Assembly (NCBI GenBank): GCA_036339735.1
Contig: JAYZAL010000005.1
Coordinates: 48,684-112,683 of the forward strand
Source of the DNA: Candidatus Poribacteria bacterium
GTDB lineage: Bacteria > Poribacteria > WGA-4E > UBA9662
Length of the DNA stretch: 64,000 bases
Direction: 5' to 3'
The notes under the pieces are model-generated. The model was not told the DNA's origin, ran no database searches, and worked only from the letters and a program-made list of their open reading frames with translations. This document shows, piece by piece, positions 59,710 through 64,000 of this stretch; the first letter of the stretch is position 1; every line of letters begins with the position of its first letter. The translations under genes and the position numbers were made by a program.

Positions 59710-62085
59710 CTATTTATAACTGAGCTCAGGAGTGATTGATAAGTCTAGTTGTTTTATTTCAAAATCATTGACTACTTTCCCATACAGATAACGATATATG
59801 GAATAACTATCCATAACTTTCTTGATGTGTCGACGAGTTTCGTCAATAGGAATATTTTCCACAAATTCGTCCATATCAATTTGTGAGATAATAGTGGCTT
59901 GAGAGAGAGCTTCAACTTTTTCTGGTTTAGCTTTTTGTAGCCATCCTTTGATCCGAGTAGGCCCACCATTGTAGGCACCTGCCACCAAAGAATAGTTGTT
60001 GTTAAACTGGCGCATTAGATCGCTCATGTACCAGGTCCCAAATTGAATATTGACTTTTGGGTCGAAGAGCATTTCACCTTTGAAATCAGGAAACTTAATT
60101 TTCTTTGCAATGACTCTTCCTGTCGGAACCATTACCTGCATTAGTCCTCGAGCACCAGCGGGTGATACGACATCAGCATTGTATCGACTCTCTTCTCGAA
60201 TCATAGCTGCGACAAAAAGCGGATCAATATTGTAATCTTTTGCATTTTTAATAATTTCATCGGCATAATGGAATGGGTACAATGTTTTATATAGCTGAAT
60301 TGGAAGTTGTCCGCTATCATTCTTTAGCTGTGGAAAGCTTTTTAGCTGATCAGCATAGCTATAAGCTGTTTGGTAGTTTCCTATAGTTTGATGGCAAACC
60401 ATCAAATTATAGATGTGATTAATCCGATCCATCTTGTCCGAAGAACGAAAATCTGATTCTAATTCAGCAATCGCATCTTCGAACATACCAAATCTCATTA
60501 GTCGTTCTACACGAACAGATTTTTTTTTATTTAATTCCAGCCAAGCAAGACCATTGTCATAACTGTTCAGACGAGTAATTTTTGAGTTGAATAATCGTTG
60601 GGTTGCAAGATCACTGTAATACCAACGTTTTTTTTGTGCAACTCGACGAAAATTAGTCTCGGCCAGCGTTTTTTTATCCATACGAAGATAACACTTGGCC
60701 TTCCAGTATTCAGCCACTAATGCATAAGTGTCATTTGGATACTTGCGTTGTAAGATATCAAAGGTTTTTAAACAATCCTTCCAAAGATTTGATTTGAACT
60801 GCGACCAACCCATTTGCCAGTAAGTTCGCTGTACCAGTCGACTTCGTTGGTGGTTATCAACTAGCTGTTGATAACAACGGATTGCATTTGAATACTGCTT
60901 TTTCCTTTCATAGATACGTCCTAGATCATACAAAGCATCAGGTATTAACTGGCTCCACTGATATTTTTTAATAAAGATCTTTAGATTAACTTCAGCACGG
61001 GTAGTAAATCCCTTTCTACGATAACAAACAGTTAAACGGTAATAAGCACGAGTTAAGTAATCACTGGAAGAATAAGTGTTTATTACTCTTCTGAACCAGT
61101 GGATTGCATTACTATATTGACGTTGTCGATAAAAGCTATAACCGATTTGGTACGCGGCATGACCAGCAATTTTCTGATTTTGACCTGATTTTTTAATGAT
61201 TGACCGTAAAATTGACCGGCAGCGGGTAAAATGCCGATTGTGATAGTAAACCATCGCGTGGTGCATAAGCTGATCACTATTAGGAAGAATTGTAGTTACA
61301 GATCTACGGATTCTACTAATTTGCACTAGTGCTTCCCAGGCAACCCAGTCTGATGATTTTTCCGCGATTAGCTGACTACAAACTTGATACGCCTCGTTCC
61401 ATTTACTTTGTTTGACCAATGATTCAGCTATTAATAACTTAGCTCGCCTTTGGTTAACCGGAGTTGATTCGTCCTTTAGTTTTTCGAGCATCGGCATCAA
61501 TGCCGAAAAATCATTGTCCTGCAAGTAGATCTTTGCCAATTGAAATTCAGCCGTTATACTTCCCGGATATGTCGGATAATTCTGAGTCAGTCGAGTATAA
61601 GATAAGATCGATTCTTCCCGATAATCATACTGCTTGTATAATTTTGCTTGATGGTGAAGAGCATAATCAACCAAGAGATTTTTAGAATCTGCAGCCAATA
61701 AATAATAGTTTAATGCTTTTTCATCTTCGCCAACCTTTTCATATACAAAAGCTAGTAGGTGTAAAACTTCGGTCGGGTGTAATCCTAAATTATTGGGTGT
61801 AGAATCCTCCCGCAATTGAATAAGACCATTCTCAACACCACGTACGGTAATTTGATCAGCATAGTTTTCCAAATGTGGTAATGCCTGATGGTACTCACCT
61901 TCAGAGACCAAATCCAATGCTGTTGAGACGAGTCTTATATTAGGCGTAGAAATTGGTCCTGTAGATTTGCTATCGCATCCGCAAAAACAGAGAGCCAAAG
62001 CGATTAGTAAAAAAGAGAAACGATGAACAGAAATTACTGACAATAACCGAAAATCTATTTTTTTTCTCTTTGGCAACAGGAACAA
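59710..62085 (-). CDS. TPR-containing Slt-family lytic transglycosylase
   Basis: Many TPRs; IREESRY, GARGLMQVM, AYNGGP, FVENIP..ETR. Confidence 0.92.
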   Translation of the reverse strand: MFLLPKRKKIDFRLLSVISVHRFSFLLIALALCFCGCDSKSTGPISTPNIRLVSTALDLVSEGEYHQALPHLENYADQITVRGVENGLIQLREDSTPNNLGLHPTEVLHLLAFVYEKVGEDEKALNYYLLAADSKNLLVDYALHHQAKLYKQYDYREESILSYTRLTQNYPTYPGSITAEFQLAKIYLQDNDFSALMPMLEKLKDESTPVNQRRAKLLIAESLVKQSKWNEAYQVCSQLIAEKSSDWVAWEALVQISRIRRSVTTILPNSDQLMHHAMVYYHNRHFTRCRSILRSIIKKSGQNQKIAGHAAYQIGYSFYRQRQYSNAIHWFRRVINTYSSSDYLTRAYYRLTVCYRRKGFTTRAEVNLKIFIKKYQWSQLIPDALYDLGRIYERKKQYSNAIRCYQQLVDNHQRSRLVQRTYWQMGWSQFKSNLWKDCLKTFDILQRKYPNDTYALVAEYWKAKCYLRMDKKTLAETNFRRVAQKKRWYYSDLATQRLFNSKITRLNSYDNGLAWLELNKKKSVRVERLMRFGMFEDAIAELESDFRSSDKMDRINHIYNLMVCHQTIGNYQTAYSYADQLKSFPQLKNDSGQLPIQLYKTLYPFHYADEIIKNAKDYNIDPLFVAAMIREESRYNADVVSPAGARGLMQVMVPTGRVIAKKIKFPDFKGEMLFDPKVNIQFGTWYMSDLMRQFNNNYSLVAGAYNGGPTRIKGWLQKAKPEKVEALSQATIISQIDMDEFVENIPIDETRRHIKKVMDSYSIYRYLYGKVVNDFEIKQLDLSITPELSYK

Positions 62086-62114
62086 CCCAAAATTAAGGAA
62101 AGGAACAGGAAACT

Positions 62115-62143
62115 ATCTTACAATTCGAGCTTAGCTTTGTCAA
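62115..62143 (-). promoter_or_regulatory. Putative sigma70 promoter for the slt-TPR pair
   Basis: Minus strand TTGACA-17nt-TAAGAT. Confidence 0.6.
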
Positions 62144-62154
62144 GATAAGGAAAG

Positions 62155-63012
62155 CTATAAAATAATTGTTCTTCGACCATGAACAAATATTCGGTGGTCG
62201 ACATACAACCGAACAGCTTCAGCCAGCACCTGCCGCTCCACATTTTTTCCCTTTGTTACTAAATCTGATACTGTGTCTCTGTGTGATATTTTTAGCGTAT
62301 CCTGTGCTATGATAGGTCCTTCATCAAGCTGATCAGTAACGAAATGTGACGTCGCACCAATGATCTTAACACCCTTTGAGTAAGCTTGTGTATATGGTTT
62401 CGCGCCTGCAAAAGCTGGCAAAAAAGAATGATGAATGTTAATAATTCTAGATGGATAACAATTAACGAATTCACCACTTAAAATCTGCATGTAACGAGCA
62501 AGAACAATAAAGTCAATTCTGTTTTCGGCTAACAATTCTAATTGCTTTTGTTCGGCATCTACTTTAGTATCGGCTGATATCGGTATCTCAACAAAATTAA
62601 CACCAAAATGTTTTGCTACATTGCTAGCATCGGAATGGTTACTCACAACCAATGGGATTTCACAGTCTAATTCACCGGATTGGTTACGTAACAGTAGGTC
62701 ATACAAGCAATGTTGATATTTTGAAACAAAAACCGCTAATCTTAACTTATTTTCACTAAACCATAATTTGCTCTCGAAGACTTGAATACCAACATCCTGA
62801 AATAGGTTATTCAATCGGCACTCAATTTCGGAATCCTGAATGCGAAATTTTGTTAGAGACCACTCCAATCGCATAAAAAAAAGCTTACTTTTAGTGTCAG
62901 TGTGTTGTTCTAAGTTAATAATATTTCCATTATGGTGATATATAAAATTAGTGACATTAGCTAGGATGCCTTCTTGGTCTTTGCACGTAACCATCAAAAT
63001 ACAATTTGCCAT
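62155..63012 (-). CDS. purU: Formyltetrahydrofolate deformylase
   Basis: ACT domain, VLARYMQIL, INIHHSFLPAF.GAKPY, GATSHFVT, LDEGPII. Confidence 0.97.
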   Translation of the reverse strand: MANCILMVTCKDQEGILANVTNFIYHHNGNIINLEQHTDTKSKLFFMRLEWSLTKFRIQDSEIECRLNNLFQDVGIQVFESKLWFSENKLRLAVFVSKYQHCLYDLLLRNQSGELDCEIPLVVSNHSDASNVAKHFGVNFVEIPISADTKVDAEQKQLELLAENRIDFIVLARYMQILSGEFVNCYPSRIINIHHSFLPAFAGAKPYTQAYSKGVKIIGATSHFVTDQLDEGPIIAQDTLKISHRDTVSDLVTKGKNVERQVLAEAVRLYVDHRIFVHGRRTIIL

Positions 63013-63133
63013 AAAAACCGTTCAAAAATTTTCTGTTTTTCCTAAAAGACTCGTTCATGAGAATAACATTTAACAAGGCAATTTTCAAAAATCATACAGA
63101 GAAACTTAGAAAAGACAACTATTCTAGGAGAAC

Positions 63134-63162
63134 TTGCAATAACAAGGTTTTTGGTGTAGAAT
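63134..63162 (+). promoter_or_regulatory. Putative sigma70 promoter for the cyclophilin-kamA pair
   Basis: TTGCAA-17nt-TAGAAT. Confidence 0.6.
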
Positions 63163-63222
63163 TGCCTTCCGAGTTAGCAGACAGCAAAACGTAACCCACC
63201 AAAGTCAAAAACAATTCAGAAC

Positions 63223-63759
63223 ATGCCTATATTTAAATCTGATTCAAAGATGGCCGACGAAAATGAAGAACATCTTAACCCGCACTTTCGAATTCAAACC
63301 TCCAAAGGGCAAATTACGCTTGAATTATTTCCTGAAGCTGCTCCAAAAACAGTAGACAACTTCCTACGCTTAATCAATGATAAGTTCTATGATGGGTTGA
63401 CTTTTCATCGCCATGTACCAAGCTTCGTGATTCAGGGGGGATGCCCGAAAGGAGATGGCACAGGCGGCCCTGGGTGGAAAATTTCAGGAGAATTCAAACA
63501 AAGACGTCTTAGAAAGAAGATGCCCAAGCACGAATTGGGTGTTCTGGCTATGGCTCGTTCTGGAAATCCCCACTCAGCAGGAAGTCAATTTTATATTTGT
63601 TTGGATTCTGCTCCACATCTGGATGGACAATATACTTCGTTTGGCCGGGTCACTGAAGGAATAGAAGTGGTAAATGAACTGCGTAAAGGGGATAAAATCG
63701 AACAGGTTTCTTTGCTGTCAATTGCCGAATCATCAGTAATAACCATGGGAAATAAATAA
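63223..63759 (+). CDS. Cyclophilin-type peptidyl-prolyl isomerase
   Basis: APKTVDNF, FYDGLTFHR, FVIQGG, LAMARS, SAGSQFYI, LDGQYTSFG; the start may be the second Met. Confidence 0.95.
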   Translation: MPIFKSDSKMADENEEHLNPHFRIQTSKGQITLELFPEAAPKTVDNFLRLINDKFYDGLTFHRHVPSFVIQGGCPKGDGTGGPGWKISGEFKQRRLRKKMPKHELGVLAMARSGNPHSAGSQFYICLDSAPHLDGQYTSFGRVTEGIEVVNELRKGDKIEQVSLLSIAESSVITMGNK

Positions 63760-63764
63760 TCATC

Positions 63765-64000
63765 ATGGAATGGAAAGAATTGGTTCGAAATACTGTAAAC
63801 TCACCAGAAAAATTGGTGGCTCATTTTCCTGATTTTGAACTTGACCTAGAGGAACTTCGACGTGTTCATGAAGAATTCCCTATCCGAGTTAATCCTTATT
63901 ACTTAAGCTTAATAAGAGAACCTGGAGATGCAATATGGAAGCAAGTAGTACCTGACAGTAGGGAACTAGTACCAAACGGTTACGATGATCCACTGGGCGA
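63765..64000 (+). CDS. KamA-family radical SAM protein (lysine 2,3-aminomutase-like), N-terminus, runs off the window; absent from the ORF track
   Basis: Manual translation MEWKELVRNTVNSPEKL...FPIRVNPYYLSLIREPGDAIWKQVVP...DDPLG matches the KamA N-terminal pattern (P.R..PYYL.LI, D.I..Q, DPL). Confidence 0.85.
   Translation, partial: MEWKELVRNTVNSPEKLVAHFPDFELDLEELRRVHEEFPIRVNPYYLSLIREPGDAIWKQVVPDSRELVPNGYDDPLG

Overview
Gene-dense, low-GC bacterial chromosome segment, mostly core and energy metabolism. I found no recognisable mobile element, prophage or CRISPR array. In order, it holds the end of rseP, then udg, priA, iscS, a heme-c/copper-monooxygenase lipoprotein, mrp and a NUDIX gene on the + strand. 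A minus-strand block follows (murA, hisD, 2H phosphoesterase, cytochrome-c/WD40, vWA), then a 515-nt divergent spacer containing a ~200-nt rod-shaped RNA candidate (6S-like). Next is a ~23-kb co-oriented run: nqrABCDEF-apbE-nqrM, a PhyH-like dioxygenase, a putative Na+/H+ antiporter, a full F1Fo operon whose c subunit looks H+-coupled, then pgi, epimerase, nagB, pfkB and nitroreductase. The remainder is tRNA-Leu(CAA), mixed accessory genes (esterase, lectin-like, triheme membrane protein, degenerate ABC ATPase, BatA, CARDB/prenyltransferase-repeat protein, MAT2B-like SDR, GT4, TRAP permease), a TPR protein, slt, purU, a cyclophilin and the start of a KamA-family gene. The PhyH, planctomycete-type cytochrome c, vWA and CARDB content suggests a marine Poribacteria/PVC-like organism (inference only). 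Best leads are the NQR-antiporter-H+-ATPase cluster, the heme-fused PHM-type Cu monooxygenase, the 6S-like RNA, the atypical Fo subunits and the carboxylate-less PhyH. All calls come from motif recognition; no searches were run.
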